Below, one piece after another: positions 63,261-64,000 of a stretch of DNA of 64,000 nucleotides (positions are counted from its first letter, which is position 1; each line of letters begins with the position of its first letter). Location of the stretch: contig NC_057750.1 of assembly GCF_004010195.1 (NCBI RefSeq), positions 18,638,542 to 18,702,541 of the forward strand, written 5' to 3'. This stretch comes from Chiloscyllium plagiosum (lineage: Eukaryota). Position numbers and translations under genes: made by a program. Below the pieces are notes generated by a model. That model did not search any database and was not told where the DNA came from. It was given only the letters and a program-made list of their open reading frames with translations.

Positions 63261-64000
63261 AGCATCAACATCAATTGCCAGGTACTAGATTGTTTTCCTG
63301 ATTGAATGATACTAGTGCACAACAGAGAATCATTCAACTTGTTCTTATTTAGTGCCAAAAATACTTAGATTAATGAATTAGGATAATCAGCATCTTGATG
63401 CACGAACTCAGAGTGGGGAGGTAGAATTTAAAATTAAACAAAGAGTTTGAGTTATGATCATCTTTGCCAGAAAGGGATTTTTTTTTTATCCATGGACATG
63501 TGTTGCATTACAGGAAGGACGGCTAGCAAGTGTACACCAGCCACTCACGAATGACAATTATGAAAAACCAATTGCTGGACTTCTCCGTTTATGGTAAACA
63601 TTGATCTGGACATTCACGAGATACCATTGTTCTTCTTTTCTGTAATACATCTAAAAAGTTCTATGTCCAATTGAGATTGAAGGCAAAGCCTCAGTTTAAC
63701 AATTTAGTCTGTGCAGCATTTCTCCAGTGCTGTCTACCAAAAATGTGTGAAGAAACTGCTCATATGACAAATAATTGGACAGAGTGAGCCAAAGAAAGAA
63801 ACCAAAATAGATATAGGGTAACAAAATTTAAAAGAAATGGTCAGACTGGAGAAGAAACATTTACAGAAAGAAAAATGAAGTGGTAGAAATATTTCTGTAC
63901 AAATTATGACATCTGAACAGACAGATTGAGAGTATACACCTTAAGCAGTTCAGAATAAGGCAGGAAAAATGTGGTTTTTATCACAAAAAGGATATAGGAA

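Overview
Vertebrate genomic DNA, almost certainly a shark: HE1-type SINEs, CR1/HER1 LINEs, Penelope elements and the TCR C-domain sequence all point there. The window holds the 3' part of a germline T-cell receptor beta (TRB) translocon on the minus strand. In transcription order: one intact TRBV (leader 60395-60440, V exon 59756-60059, 23-RSS); about 40.7 kb made almost entirely of nested transposons; a single TRBD (GGGACAGGGGGGG, 12/23 RSS); seven open-frame TRBJ with 12-type RSS and GT donors plus at least one pseudo-J; the C-beta Ig exon (3111-3455); and the 21-nt hinge exon (2476-2496). The TM/cytoplasmic exons are not visible (assembly gap 26-770 or outside the window). Most unusual observations: (i) the D-proximal V carries a splice donor inside its RSS spacer, in a GNRA-capped hairpin, and about 1 kb downstream lies a well-formed 33-nt exon that V-DJ joining would delete, suggesting a germline-only spliced transcript; (ii) short Penelope-derived inserts carry minimal hammerhead ribozymes, including a tandem-plus-inverted double-hammerhead cassette in the J-C intron and a copy starting exactly at the predicted cleavage site; (iii) a locally templated inverted duplication flanked by 12-bp direct repeats. 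All coordinates were read by eye and TE boundaries are approximate.
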